Positions 11,950 through 26,202 are shown, counted from the stretch's first letter. The stretch is 64,000 nt of DNA from Camelus dromedarius (GCF_036321535.1 NC_087436.1:119104001-119168000); one strand, 5' to 3'. A program made the numbers and translations. Notes: generated by a model from the letters alone, not told the origin.

Positions 11950-14930
11950 CCAAAAAGTAACACTTATGATGTAAAATGTGCAAATAAAAGAAAATAAAAA
12001 AAGCTCTTGTCTTAAATCCAAACATTATTACCAAAAACCTTTTGGAGTATCTCATGCCAGGGTCTTTCAAGGCAGAGTTTTGATTTCACACAATCATGAC
12101 CATACCTTTTTTTTTTTTTTGTATTGTATTTATTTTAATGAAATAGTTCAAATAAATGGAGACTATAGTGTATTATTACAACCCCTCAACCTTTTGAAGA
12201 TTGATTCAAAAGCAATCGACATTAAGATTCTGACATATTTGCTTCAGATCTTTTAATTTAATAAATAAAAATCAGAGGTATATTGAAGTTCCTGTCCATC
12301 CCTTCCTCGTCCTAACCTTCCCTTTCTCTCTCCAGAGGCAAACACTGTTCCCACATTTACATTTTTTCTCATCCACGTTCTATCTTTTAATGCATATACA
12401 TGCCTTGTATCATTTCACTTAATTTTAAAATGTATACAAACATTGTCATGTTGATTGCACCATATTGCAAATTGCGTTTTTTCCTCCATAAGCCTTACTT
12501 TTTCAGCTCTACCTGGTTTCTTCGTTGATCTTGAATGCTGGGAGAAAACACTCAGTGGTGTGTGGGAGCCTGCCCCAGGTTCCTTTTTGCAGGAGCTGAT
12601 TGCGTGTGTCTCTTCCTGACTCTGTGTTCAGTGATGGCACGATGGCAGCTAGAAGTCTGCCATGATGGGACTATTCATAGCCCAGAAGTCAGCAAATGCC
12701 GCACATTCAGGCTTTCCCCCGCAGACAGTAGGTTGTTAAACATTTACAAGCATACTGGTGACTACAATTAATTTATTATTTCTCCCACCCCCTCCATCCA
12801 CCTTGACGAATATTTAGGTTGTTTCCCGTTTGTTGGGATTTCAAACAACGCTGCAGTGAGTGATTGTACCTAGTCCCTCCCACCCAAGTGTGCAGGTTTC
12901 CCAGGAGGGACACCTGGAGGCTGGGTCGTGGTGTGTGTATTTAACTTTCTACATGTTACCACGTCAAGAAGCAATTTGCACTCTTACGGCGGAGTATCGG
13001 ATTCTGAGTAAAACCTGGAACTGACATAAGTGCACTCGGGCTGGCAGCTGAGCTGACAGATGATGATAGTTGACTTTGCATTTCCTGATCACTGGTGAGG
13101 CTGAGAATCTCTGTTTCCTTCTCTAAGAGTTGCTCGTTCTTCCCTTTGCCCCTTTTGGCCTTTTCTTACTGTTTTCTTATGTAATTTGGGTCCGTCCTCT
13201 ATCTGTTTACGTGTGTTGCAAACATGCTCTTCTAATGTGTTGCTTTTCTCTTAATTTTGTTTATGACACTTTTTTTCCTACAAAAGTTGCTAATTTTGAT
13301 GTAGTGGAATTTATCAATATTTTCTTTTAAGTATTTTGCCTTTTGTGTCTTGTTTGATAAATACTTCTCTATCTCCTGGGTTATAAATGTTTTTCCTTTG
13401 TACATTGTAGCCCATCTAGAGCGTAATGTTCTGTTTGGGGTCAGGCATGGATCTAATTAAATACCTTTTCCTTAAGAAGAACCTAGTTTCCAAATCACTT
13501 CTTCACTAGTCCATCTTTCTCCCACTGATTATAATGCCAGTTCTCTTCTGCACCAAGTTCCCGTAAAGGTGTGGGTGCATTTCTGGACTCTGTTCTGTTC
13601 CATTGGCTTTTTCATCTGGCCCATGTGCCTTGGATATTATAGTTTTATAATAAGTCAGTTTCAAGTAGATCAAATGGCACCAGCCTTTGCTTTTCTTCAA
13701 AGTTGTTTTGACTTTTCTTGAACCTTTGCTTTTCAGTATAAATCTTCAGTTTATCAGATTCCATTAAACACCCCTCTGTCATTTTCACTGAAACTGCAAA
13801 GAACTGATAAATTTAACGTGGGGATTATGCTCCACTTCTGCTGCTGAATTGTCCCGTCCATGGGCATGGTCTATCTCTGTATTTATTCAGATATTCTTTC
13901 ATGTTCTTCAGTTAAGTGTTGTAGTTTTTTCCTAACGATGCTAGCAAACATTTATGTGTTAATGTGTGCTGCCTGCTGTTCTAAATGCTCTGTGTTTAAC
14001 TCAGTTAATCTTCCCAACTTCCAGGAGCGACAGATGTTATGATTGTCTCCCTTTTACAAATGAGGAAACTGGGGCAGGGAGTAGTCAAGTAATTTACCTA
14101 AGCCACTCAGCAGCAGGGCTGTGACGTGGAACCAGCCATTCTGGGTTGGAGGCTCCACTCTGACCCTCGCTGCTGCAGTGCCTCCGTATAGGGCATGCAC
14201 ATCTGTCCTAAGATTTAATCTTAAGTGTCCTGCAGATTTCACTGCTTTTGTGAATGGGGTTTGCCTCCTCTTATGTGTTCTAACTGGTATTGCTGCTCGG
14301 GAGAAATGCTGTTGGCTTTACTGTGCTGTCCTGTATCCAGCAGTTTTGTTGAAGTGTCACATGGTTCCAAATATTTTGAGAGCAGATTCTGTTGGATTTT
14401 CCATATAGACAATCATGTCTGCGATTAAAGACCATTTGGGCTTTTTCTTGCCATTCGTTCCCCATTTTCTGTCTGGTCCAGTTAGTTCCAGTATGGGGTA
14501 GAGTTGAGTATCAGTGGTGACCGAAAGCATGCATCTTTGTCTTTAGTCTAGCGATGCTTTGAAAGTTCCACCATGAAAAATGATGTTTGCTGTTGGGTTT
14601 TGATAGATGCCCTTTCTCCCCCTCCCTAGTTTTCTGGGAGAGTTTGTCAAGAATGAGTGTCAACACTTGTCTAATGTGGGTGTTTTTGGTTTAGCTAATT
14701 GCTTTGTTTTGCTGTATCTAATGATATGACCATTTTGCTTTTTACCTTTAATCTATTGGAGTGAGTGAATTAAATTAATAGTTTATCTTTAAACCATTCT
14801 TATACTCCCAGAGCAGACCTAACATATGCATACGTATATGTAAAGCCAGATTTGTTTTGCTAATATTTTTATTTGAGTTTTTGAATCTATGTTTAGAAGT
14901 CAGATTGGCTAACAGTTTTCTTGTAGTTTT
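11950..14930 (-). mobile_element. Ancient, fragmented LINE-1 (L1ME-like) with nested insertions
   Basis: T-rich reverse-strand ORF2 remnants (ctggactctgttctgttccattgg, gttggattttccatatagacaatcatgtc). Boundaries approximate. Confidence 0.65.
12553..12757 (+). mobile_element. MER63A-like hAT DNA transposon relic
   Basis: Starts cagtggtgtg and ends gttgttaaacatttacaagcatactg; internal ctctgtgttcagtgatggcacg resembles the recalled MER63A consensus. Confidence 0.65.
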
Positions 14931-17900
14931 CTAGGTTCCAAGCCTCTCCCCATGCTTAAAAAGGGGCACTGCTCTATCTAAAATTGCAGCCTTAGCCTCA
15001 ATGTTTCATACCCCCTGCCCTGCTTTACTTCTGTCTCTGTAGTAATTATCACTAATATACATATATTTTACCAACTAGTCTTCGTGTTATTGGCTTCTCT
15101 CACTACAGTGTCAGCTCCACGGGGCAGGGACCCTTGCTTGTGTGGTCACTGCTGTGTGCGCCCCCAGTGCCTGGCAGGCAGCAGGGGCTCCTGCAGTAAT
15201 TGTTGGATGAATTAATGAATGAATGGATGACTGGGGAAGCCTATCAGCAACTCAGGGGGCCAGCCCCTCCCCTTCCCTCCCACACGGTGCCTCCCATAGA
15301 GGGCGGGGCAGCGTTTCCGCCCTGGGGAGGCGGTGCAGGGCCGGCTTGGGTGAGTGTCTCGGTGGGTCAAGCCAGGGGCCATACTGCGCTACAGGACCAC
15401 CCCAAGTATCCCTCAGGGAACCAGAAAGGCAAGTCCAGTGGGGCTGTTGGAACCCTGAGGGCCTTGGAGAGCCAAGGAAGAGGGGGACTGGTTCATACCG
15501 GAGGGCAGCTGGGCCGGTCCTGGAGCAGAGCCTGGAGAGGGGGCACCACTGCCGTGGCCGGGCTCTACCTGCTGGCCTTGCTGCAGGGCCTGAGAACTGC
15601 TGTCCTCGAGGGCCCCACAGTGGTGCCAGGGATGACAGGCAGTGTTAATCAGCACTCTCGGGTTGCAAGCGACAGAGAGCCAGTCCAAACTGGCTTAGTG
15701 AAAGGGCAGCACAAACCCAAGCCTCAGAAAGCGGGCCCCGCCTGGAGACACGTGAATCCTGGGGCTTGAACTGCTTTGGACCCGGGCTGCCTCTCCTCTG
15801 TTTCCCCCTGGGGGTCTCGAGTGGCCTCATCCCCTGCCCCTCCCCCTTTGCTGCAGGTGGACTTCTCTGGATGTGGGGAGACCACGGCCAGCAGCAGGTT
15901 GGGAGTCACATCTCACAGCATCTTGGCTGGAGCAGGAGCGCCCCTCCCGACTCACTGCAGTTACAAACCCCAGCCTGGTCACCTGCCCACCCCTAGGCCA
16001 GGCCTTGCAGCCAGGCAGGTCCCATCTTTGGCCTGCCCAGGGCCATGGTGCTTAAGAATGAGACTGAGGCTAGAAAAGATGCCATGAGAGCCTCAGCCCG
16101 CCTCTGGTCTAGCCACAGCTCAGTGGACTGTCGCCCAGGACCCAGGTCACCCAGCACTCTGGCGTCCTGCTGCGTTCTGCTCCTGGGCCTCCACCTTCGC
16201 CGCTGGGTCTTGAGCCCACGCAGCCTGGAGTGCGGGGTGTTAGTGCCACTTGGGGACGCCCTCCGCTAATTTGGAAGGAGAGTTCCTGGAGAGTTGCTGC
16301 TACCCCTCCCTTTCAGGGATCAGCTCTGGAATCTTCTGTTCACATCTCAGTGGATTGGAGTCCCGTTTCCCTACAGCAGGGACCAGTGACGCACACTTGG
16401 TTCCCCTCCCAAATAAACTGCCTGCACCCACGTGCTTTCCAGGCTCTGATTTCCAGGAACCCACACTCAGCCACACTGGGACAGGGCCCCATGGAGGTGG
16501 GGGAATCTGCAGCAGGGACATGAGGAACAGGACGGCCCTCGGCAGCATGGGCCTCAGGTCTGGAACTGGAGTTTGTGGTCAGGATCCTGACCCAGGGAGA
16601 CTGGCTGGAGAGGAGCTCCGAGTGGTCACTGAGCCTGGGGCACTGGATAAGGCACTCAGGCCCAGGGAGCCACAGGGGTGGCCAGTCCCACAACTGGAGG
16701 CACTCACAGCTGTCCTTGTGGCATGTGATGAGCACCTACTGTGTGCCAGGCACAGAGCAAGGTGCTTCACTGGCACCTGGCCAGGTGAGTGTCGTGGGAC
16801 CCCGTCTGCAGCTGAGAGTGGACTATCCATGCAGCTGTGAGTGTCCGGGCTGATGTGAGGTCTCACTCTCCCCTGAGTCCTCTGCTGGCTTCTTCCCTTT
16901 CTCTGCTCCCAAATCAAATATCCCCTCCTCAGATAGGCCTTCCTTGATGTGACCTCATTGGAAATGGCAACTCTATCTCTCTAATCCTTTTCCCTGCTTC
17001 ATTTTTTGCTGCTCCAGCACTTGGCTTTATGTGATAACCTAGAATATTATCATTTCCTTGTTTGTCTGTTCACTCTCCATCTGTGTCTCTAGAATACACA
17101 CTTCACAAGCACAGGGCCTCCCAGCCAAAACAGCACTAGGCCATGGTAGGTGCTCAACAATTTCTGAGGGTGTGAATGAATGAATGAATAATAAATGAAC
17201 AAAGGTAGAGTTGATTCTCTTTCTACTTCCCCACAGCCACTGTGCTTGGGTGCCAAGTTCTACACATTCACCCTAGTCCCCCCTCCAAGCAGAGACTGAG
17301 GAGGCTGTGAGTCAGCAGAGGCCCTGCCAACAGGCTGAGACCCCAGAATGCACATCCCAGCTCCTTGGAGCCCCTGCAGTTCCGTCCTCCAGCCCCGCTG
17401 CCTCCGGGCCCCCCAGGAAGCCCTGTGCTGAGGGTGGGTGTGGGGGGATCTTTAGGGGTCCGTACGGGGTGAGGTCTCCTCCCCACCGAAAGGTGGCTAC
17501 CACTGTACCAAGTGAGGAGGGCAATGATGGGACAGAGCCTGGCTCTCCAGGACCAGACCAGCACCCGCCGCCTGAGGGTGGTGTCCTGGAGCAGCAAGAC
17601 ACACATGGGCCTGCAAAGAGGTGTGTGTTGGAGACACTCAGCCTGCAGTGGGCGTTCCTCCCAGCTCAGCGCCCACTGCCCCATACACCACTCGTCTCTC
17701 TCAGAGGCCTCCCTGCACATGCGCACCCTCCCTACCTGCTCCCTCTCTCCCCCTCCCCTTCCTTCCCATTCATTTGTCCAGTAGCCACTTGCTGAGTGAG
17801 CTCTGGGGACAAAGTGTAAATCATCCTGGGGACAGGCCCTGAAGGGCCCAAGGCCCAGAGTAAGGACCTGAAACACAAGAGGGGGGCGGTTCAGGGGCTG

Positions 17901-18269
17901 TGGGGGGCACCAAATGTAAGGTGTACAGATGGGGTCAGCAAAAGCTTCAGGAGGAGGGAACATCTGAGATGCGCCTTGAAGAATAAGTAGGAGTTTGTTG
18001 GGGGGCAAAGGCAGAGAAGGAGCTGGCAGGTGGAAGCCCGGACCCGGGCTCGGCCACTCATCAGCTGTTCGACCTCCTGCCAGCCCTTCCCCAGGGGCTC
18101 AGCCTGCTCGTCCACAAACTCCGTAAGTGAGTCCCACACCTCTCAAGTGCACAACACCCCAGCACAGGACCCAGCACAGAACGGCCCAGTGAACTGCAGT
18201 TTTCCCTCCCCACCAAGTGCCTCTCTCTTCCCACCAGGACGGGCTCCCAGTGGCCTGAGGACCCTACAT

Positions 18270-18730
18270 GATCTGCTTCCCTTTCCCCACTCCTCCCCTC
18301 TCACTCTACCCAAGCCACACTGGCCTCCCTGCTGTTTCTCCAGCCTGCCTCAGGGCCTTTGCACCTGATGGATTATCCCTCTGCCTGGATTGTTCTTCCC
18401 TTATCTCCAAGGCTTAGTGCCTCACTTCCTTGAAGACTTTGCTCAAACATCATTTTCTCAGCAAGGTGCATCAGGAGTCCCCTATTTACAATTGCGACCA
18501 GCTCCCCATCCCTCAGACACTCACCCCTATTCTTGGCCCCCTTTACTTGGCTTTGCTTTTTCTTTCTTCTTTTTAATGCAAAATATACTTTGCTTGTTAA
18601 GCATGACTATTATTTCGTGTCTGCCCCGCCGACTCCAAAAGTCAGCTTCACGAAGTGGGGGACTTCTGTCTCATTCACTCCTGACCCCCAGCAAGGTGCA
18701 CAGAGGTACCAGGATGTGCTCAGCAAGAGA
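18270..18730. mobile_element. LINE-2 fragment
   Basis: Typical L2 3' region: cagccacactggcctcc…cctcagggcctttgcac…ctctgcctgga (first base differs). Confidence 0.6.
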
Positions 18731-18769
18731 ATGGTGCTGTTGAGAAGCCGGAGTTATTTGTAACATAAA

Positions 18770-19200
18770 TGAAGACAATTAATCCTGACCATCCAGATTA
18801 CACACTTCATACGTTCTGCACATGAGCGGTGCTGGGTTAGAAATCAGACATGCACTAAATCGATTTACTGCGAAAGAAAAGATAAATTCACGCTGGTGTC
18901 TTTCTGAAGGAGAAGCCATGTCAGGAGCTGACTCTCCACCCTTGCCGCTGAATACACTCATGAAGGATTGCAAACGCAGAGAGGTGGACACCCTTGGCTT
19001 TGCTCTAATTGCTTCTAACAGTTCCCGGTGCTCTGGGCTGCGTTGACACCCTCCCCCAGCCCCAGCCCGATTAATGGCTTTTCTTTGGTCAGGAGCCACA
19101 GCTTTAAAATCATACCCACCTCAGTGTACTCTGTTACCTAGCAACAGCCATAAATCAACAGAACATGCTGGAACGTTAAAGCAAACCTCGCTGGCTGTTG
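18770..19200. promoter_or_regulatory. Candidate enhancer (RFX X-box, PBX-HOX site, ONECUT/CUX palindrome)
   Basis: GTTACCTAGCAAC at 19133-19145, CCATAAATCA (TGATTTATGG on the minus strand) at 19148-19157 and TAAATCGATTTA at 18856-18867, in a block with no recognisable repeat. Confidence 0.45.
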
Positions 19201-20169
19201 GATGCTTTGGCCTTTTTTAACCCAAACATGCTCATTTGCTCCCATGCCATTCTGCACCCACTTTTTCACCACCTGGCTTTGTAGAGCATCTGGGTTTGTA
19301 CATTTTTAAACTATCTTATGGCCCATCTCATTTTGCAGCAGGAATCTTTTGTGCTTTCTCTGCTGTCTGGCCAGTACCCAGGAAAGGGAGCAGGCCTGTC
19401 CATCCAGCCTGCCTGCCTCCATTTCAACCCTGCATCCAGGGAACCTGGGTCAGCCCTGTGGAGTGTCTGGACATGCAGGACCTCAGTCCTTACCTCAGGT
19501 CCTCAAAGAGCCTGTTGTCATAGTACCCTGGGTGGGTCAATGTACATGTGAAGTCCCTCCCCTGGGTTTCCTCACACTGGAACCCATCTTGCGTTCACTC
19601 ACTCATCTGTTTAATCATTCAGTCATTCAACAAACAGTTACAGAGCTCCTCCTTCACGCCAGGCCCCTACAGGCAGAGAGGAATAAGGCCTGGGCCCAGC
19701 CTTCAAAGATCTCACATTCCACTGGGGAGGAGCTGGCCAGAACACAGCAATGCAGAAGCAGCACCATCCCCCAGGCTGAGGCCAGACTCAGTGAAGATGT
19801 TCGGGCTACCAGAGGCAACAAGACAAACCCAATCCTGAACGTGAGATGCTTGCAGCCCACGGAGCGGACAGTGTGGTGAGTGGCACTGTGCACTGAAATA
19901 CACAAGATGCACAAGGTGCGCTGTAGAAGGGCACGTGACCAGGCAGGCCAGCCCCCCGACCCCCTTCACGGAGGAGGGCCCGTCTGCACCGAGTCCGAAG
20001 GAGCCGGAAGGCATCAGCTGGGGCTCCAGGCACAGGAATCAGGGCAGCAGGGTACAGCTGGCCCTTCCTGGAGAAATGAAACAGCACCAGTGCAAAGGCA
20101 AGCTGACATACAGCGGAGGGTGTTCGTGAGCACCAGAAATAGGAATAGAGCAGCTAGTTACTTATTTTT

Positions 20170-21550
20170 AGAATAAAAATGAATTTAGGAGGAGAACCCA
20201 TCAGCAAGACTCATCATAGAGCTACGATCCTTATGGCGTGTGACGTCGGTGCAGGAGCAGACAGTTAGGTCGATGGAGCAGCATAGAATCCAGCAGGGCA
20301 GGGCGTGTCAGGAGACCAGAGGTTCCGCGGAGTGGGCGCTATAGAGCAGTGGGAAGGGGAAGACCTGTCACTAGTGATGCTGGAAGAGTTGTTCTCCCTT
20401 TGGAAAAAATTTAATTTAGATCCCTACCTCAAACCCCACACAAAAATCAATTCTGATCAAATCAAAGACTTAAATGTGAAAAGCATTTGGCACTTGAAAT
20501 TTTATAAGACATTATAGAAGACTATCCTTCTGACCCTGGAAGTGAGATGAAATGTCTTAAGTCAAAAGAGGAAGACAATCTTCTACAATAAATCAAGAAC
20601 TTAAGATACCATAAACAAAATGAAAAGACAAGCCTCATGTAGGGAGAATGCATCCACCACATATGAAATGAACAAGTGATTAACACAGAAAATGTACAGA
20701 GAGCTTCCAAATGTCAACAAGAAGTCAGTGAACTCAATAAAAACATTTGCCCAAAACAGGTATCTCCTGGAAGAGCTCATGAGAAGGGTCTGGAAACATG
20801 AAAAGCTCTCCAGGGAAAATATTAATTACATTAAATTCATGTGCAAGACCACGGACACCCACTAGATTGGCAAAATCTAGAAAGTCTGTAAACGCGCAGA
20901 GATGGCGGGGTCTTCCACTGCTGGGGAGGGTGGATTCAGAACAGTGTCCCGTCAGTAAAGCTGATGACCCGACACCCCAAGCCCAGCAATCTCTTTCTAG
21001 CCAATAACCTAGAGGAACGCTTAGAGCCCGTGTCCCGGGAACACGCGTAGGAACAGCCAGGGCGCATCCTCCTGAGGACAAAGTATGGGCAGCAACCCAA
21101 ATGTCAGCTCAGAAGAGGATGGATGGACTCCGGCACATTCGTATAAGGGAACAGTGCAGAGCAGTAAAAGTGAACACAGAGCGCTGCTTGCATCAACACA
21201 CAACCCTGAGTGAAAAAGGCAACCCCTTGAAGGACACACACAGAACGTTCTATTTACATAGAGTTCAAACAGCCACGCTCAGCCAAGCACTAGATGGCTT
21301 AGGGCTACAGCTTTCTGACCAAACTGTAAAGAAAGAAGGTGATGACTGAGGTACCATTCAGGAGAGGGGCTCCTCGTGTGGAGGGGTGGTGGGTCTGGGC
21401 AGGAAGGAGCACGTAGAATAAGGGTCTGGCCTTCGTGTAGACTTCGTCGCTGTTTCGACTTTTTTATCACCCTGCTCCATAATCACACGCATTATGACAT
21501 ATCTCTGTATGTGTCAAATAACTGGCAATTTAAAAAAATATAAAAATAGG
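20170..21550 (+). mobile_element. Old LINE-1 (L1ME-like) ORF2 3' fragment
   Basis: LDPYLKPHTKINSDQIKDLNVK-like ORF2 remnant followed by downstream L1 motifs. Confidence 0.65.
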
Positions 21551-22004
21551 AACAAAGTGCTGAAGATTTAAAACACAAGTGAGGTGGAAATGATTCACTG
21601 GATGTGCTGTGGAATATGAATGAGGACAACAGTTTGCAAAGGGGACTGTGAGAAGCGACACCCTTGGTATGGGTTCCAAGGCAGAGCCCAGGGGAATCCA
21701 GGAAGCGGGGGCGATAGGGGAGCCCCCGAGCACAAGGATCTTTCTCTTGTGCACTGGACACCTGCTGAGCCCAGTGAACTCTCAGGCTGTGTGAGAGCCA
21801 GTGGGGGACATGGGTGACCCCAACAGCCACCAACAGGGAAAGGGGCTCTCCCTGGAGCCTTCTCTTGGTGACTTTTGTCATCTCCCCATCCTGAGAGGGA
21901 CTTTGTCATCTGTCTTTATGAGGTTGGTTTTGAAACAGGTGCCCCTACATCTATGTCCTGTAATACAGCTGATCTTCTGGGTTGACAGTAAGGTAATTAG
22001 ACCT

Positions 22005-22011
<7 letters not shown>

Positions 22012-22050
<39 letters not shown>
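22012..22050 (+). repeat. (TC)n microsatellite
   Basis: About 19 TC units seen directly. Confidence 0.9.
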
Positions 22051-22054
<4 letters not shown>

Positions 22055-24126
22055 GTCTTCCTTTCCCTGACAACTCAGAGCAAAGGGACCACACAGAGTA
22101 TCTGGCATGTACTCGCAGGACTTGGGAGTGGGGAAGCGGAAAGGAAGCACAAAGGTCGCCTTGTTTTCAGGCTCCCTGACTAGACCCCTCAAAGAGGTGG
22201 ATTAACCTGCCCAAAGTCACACAGCTGATAAGGGAGGACTTCCACCCATGTGGTGACTGACACTCCCTGAGGTTGATGGTGACAGTCATGGTGATGACTG
22301 TTGAGGAAGACGTTGAGGATGAAGCATCACTTGGGCCCGGTATCCCCGACGGTAATAGAATGTGTATAAAAACGCCCAGCATGTTCTTGACCAGTGGTAA
22401 GTGCCTAAGAGCTGTAGGCTTCAGTTGCATTCCCTTCAGTTCAAAACAAATGTGTCATCTTACGAAAAAGTCCAGTGGAATCAGATCCAATAAAACCACG
22501 CTTTATAAAATTCTGATTTAACAGTATTAGCTGGTCATGTCAGCAGTATAGAGAGGACTTCACTGCACTTTATTGCATCTTGGGGAATTTTTTAAATAAT
22601 GTAATCAAATTTGCTCTCAACCTGAAGGTTTTACAAAGACTTACTGCATTTAGTGTAATTTGGTTACATCTTAGGGCTAGAAAATCTTCCAAAGGAGAAC
22701 ACCTGATTCGTGAGCTCACTTGCCCACTTACTCATTCACAAATATTTAGTAAACTTTCATTAAAAAGCATGTCCTATTTCGAGGACCTCAGATATTAGTG
22801 AGTAAGTGCATCACTGGAGTCCTCGTTTTTCAGTTCGGTGGAACAAACAGGCACTGGGATGGGATGGGGTCTGTCCAAAGAGTTTTTGCCTTCCAGGATC
22901 TGTGGAGTGGAGGCTGGGTGAGCCCAGAGGGACCCTCATAGATGGGGAGGAGGCGGGGAGGTGAGCAAAAGAGAGGCTTCCTAGGAAATGGGAGGATGGA
23001 CAAGAATTTGGAGGGAGGGGCAATGGTACCCAGGCTGTGCAGACGGATGCCTGTTTATGCGGCTACAAGCCACTCATCACCGGACTGGAGCAATCGAGGT
23101 GGGCGTGAAGGGGCAGGTGCATCGTGAAAGTGGACGAGGCTGGGCCAGTTCATAAAGGGCGCCCCAGCCAAGTCCAAGAACTTCAGCTTTCTTCTCCGGG
23201 CGATGAGGATTCAGGGGAGGCTACACACAGGGGAAGCCCTGGCGGGGCGGGAGGGACTCCCCTGGAGGGAGGAGGCTTGCACCCGCATGCCCCAGCTCTT
23301 CCCTACCTGCTTAGTTTTGTAGGGCAGCACCCACTCTGCAGACACCGCCCATCCGTTCCCTGAATGACTCACCTGCAGTACAAAATAGCTTAGGTAAATA
23401 TTTTGCAAATCTCTGGTGAAAATAAATCATAACAACACTAATTTGAAGGTATCCTAAAAATGTTCAAATGCAGATGTGGTGGATAAATTGGGCTTCTTGT
23501 ATTTAGGAGGCTGAGGAACACAAAAGCAGGACCATGTCAGTGAGCGGTGGATTAATTTCATGTAAGGAAAAAATAACTTACCTCCCTTTGACTTTTTTTT
23601 TCTTTTTAGAAAGTACAAAACCTGGTATAATGGAGCTATTCTTTTCCAATGTGTGTAAATAGCAGGTTAAAAAACTGCAATTAATCTTTTCAATTTTGTG
23701 AGCCTACGAAATTAACAGACATTTAATTTTATCTATTGAATGCACTGTGCCACCCAAGGGATTTGTTATTCTATTCAAGTCAATTCAAGAAGCGTTTATT
23801 GATGACCAGGTAGAATTGGGTACTGTCCAGGTGTTTGCACATCTGTCCCACTTAATCCTCACATCTCTCAAGGCAGTACCAATGTGGCCACTTTTATGGA
23901 AGAGGTGGCTTGAGATGTACCTGGGGGGCCCCAAACCCACTACTGTCTGACTCCAGAGACGTTGATTTTTCTAGAACTGCACCTTCTTGCCCTGCAAACA
24001 CAGGGATGTAACGCATGGAGGGGAGGGTGTCCGTGTCATCTGAACTCCGATGGAAGGTCCAACGGCTGAGCTCTAGAATATGCTGGGTGGGGGGGTGGAA
24101 CAGGATGAGCATAGGCCACTTGGGGT

Positions 24127-24556
24127 ATATTTTCATTTCCTGGGGCTGCTCTAACAAAGGACCACAAACTGGGTGGCTTAAAACACCAGAAATTTATCCT
24201 CTCGTAGTTTTGGAGGCCAGAAGTCTGAGATCAAGGTGTTTGCGGGGCTGCGCTGTCTCTGGAGGCCCAGGGAAGGTCTCTTCCAGGCCTCCCTCGATAT
24301 CCGATGGCTGTCGACAAGCCGTGGTGTTCCCTGGCTTGTAAATGCACCACTGTAATCTCTGCCTCCGTCATTATGTGGCATTTTCCTGTGGGTCTCTGTG
24401 CCCCTTAGAAGGATACCTTATCCACCTCACGTTGGAACAGGGCCCACCCTGAATTGGCTCCATCTGCAAAGACCCCATTTCCAGTTTAGGTCATACTCAA
24501 AGTTACCAGGGGTTAGGACCTCAGCGTATCTCTTTGGGAGGACACGACTCAAGCTC
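24127..24556 (-). mobile_element. MaLR LTR (MLT1-type)
   Basis: Contains ggctgctctaacaaaggaccacaaactgggtggcttaaaacaccagaaatttatcctctc…catctgcaaagacccc. Confidence 0.8.
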
Positions 24557-25169
24557 CAAGAGGATACTGACGCAGATGGGGGCTGCTGGGGGGGAGGCCT
24601 CTTGGAGGAAGCGACAATTTCAAAGGTAGAATTAAATCAGCCCTTATTCACTGGATCTCAGGCAGCAAACTAGAGGCTGCGGTAGCCTGTGGTGAGAAAG
24701 CAAAACCCTTCTCTTACTTGAAAACCAAGGACTCTTACAGAATCCCAGAGCCTTCTCAGCACCGCTGGGGAAAAGCAGTGAACACATATAGAGCTGGAGC
24801 ATCTATTGGGCACCTACTGTATGACGTGCAATCGGCTAGGAGGCAGTACTGTGGCGCTGGCTGGACAAGACTCTGGACTTAGGGCTGCTCACGCGACCCT
24901 GGCCGGTGGCTCGTCACTCTCCGTCCTGGTCTTCTGCGGGAAAATGAGAACAGCGCTAGTGCTGGCCTCAGAGCGCCACCTTGTGGTTGAAGTGAATGGC
25001 TGCCCTGAGGTGCTTTCCAGAGTGCCGTGCCCAGCGAGGACTGAACGCAGAAGGTTCAGCTCTCAGCAGATCCTCAGTCCCGGGCCTGTTCTGCAGGAGG
25101 CACTCGATACACATCATTCCTTCAGCAAACATTTATCAACCTACTGGGCGCCTGACCTGAGTGGGCATT

Positions 25170-25560
25170 TGTGTCAGCTTCCTAAGGCTGCCGTAACCAA
25201 GTAGTGACACACAGCTCTGGAGTCTAGAAGTCTGAAGCCGAGGTGTCAGTGGGCCACGCTCCTCCTGGGACCTGTCGGGAGGGTCCTTCCGGACCTGCCC
25301 CTCGGCAGCCCTCTGCTTCCTCACCCTGTGGCTGCAGCCTTTTGACTGACCACTGCCTCCACTGTCACATGGCCTTCTGCAAGTGCACCTCTTCTGATCA
25401 GGACACTGGTCACATCAGATTGGCTCCACCCTAATCCAGCCTGACTGCATCTTAACTAATTACATCTGCAATGACCCTGTATCAAAATGAGGTCACTATC
25501 TGAGGTACCAGGGGTTGGGACTTAACCATATATTTTTGGGGGGACATAATTCAACTAATC
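25170..25560 (-). mobile_element. MaLR LTR (MLT1-type)
   Basis: Contains ctggagtctagaagtctgaag…catcttaactaattacatctgcaatgaccctg. Confidence 0.75.
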
Positions 25561-26181
25561 AGCTTTGGAGATACCTTTTTCTGGCAGGGGTCCTCAGGAC
25601 CCACTTCAGCGGGCTCCTGGCTGCCCACTGCCCCCAACACAGCCCCAGAACCCTGGCCCGGGGGACTCTGGGAGCTCCAGGACCATCCGCTCTGCAGCCT
25701 GCAAAGAGGACCATGCAAAGGACTTCTTGTATGGACAGCGGAGCTGCAGCAAACCCACATCCATCTGGGGAGAACCATCCCTCTTTGCAGGCAAGCCAGC
25801 TGCATCCCAGAGAGGGGTTGCTTATCCTTTTAACAACTGTTCACAGTGAACGCACCCCCAAGCATGCTCGGAGCTCTCCCCATCACTGCTGACCCTTTCT
25901 CTGGAGACCAGGCCCTGAGGCTGGGGAGGTGACTTGACCCCGCAGCCAGCATTTGGGGGCAGGCACGAAAGGACCCCACTCTGAGGGTCCCAAGCCCTCG
26001 TGCTGCCCCACTGCATCTGCCTCGGAGCTCCTCTGGGATTGCCTGCCCCGGCATCCCCTCGCGCCTCCTCAACCACTCCTGCCCTGTGTTCCTGGGGCCT
26101 GAGATGGGGCACTGGGTGTAGGAGGCAGACAGAGCATTGAGTTCTGTGCAAGTGCAGGTCCAACAGCCAACGGTGGGAGCT

Positions 26182-26202
26182 CTCAGCACCATGAACAGAG
26201 GG
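26182..26202 (+). promoter_or_regulatory. Candidate RE1/NRSE upstream of PPP2R2C
   Basis: CTCAGCACCATGAACAGAGGG: perfect left half, one mismatch in GGACAG, poor 3' tail. Confidence 0.4.
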
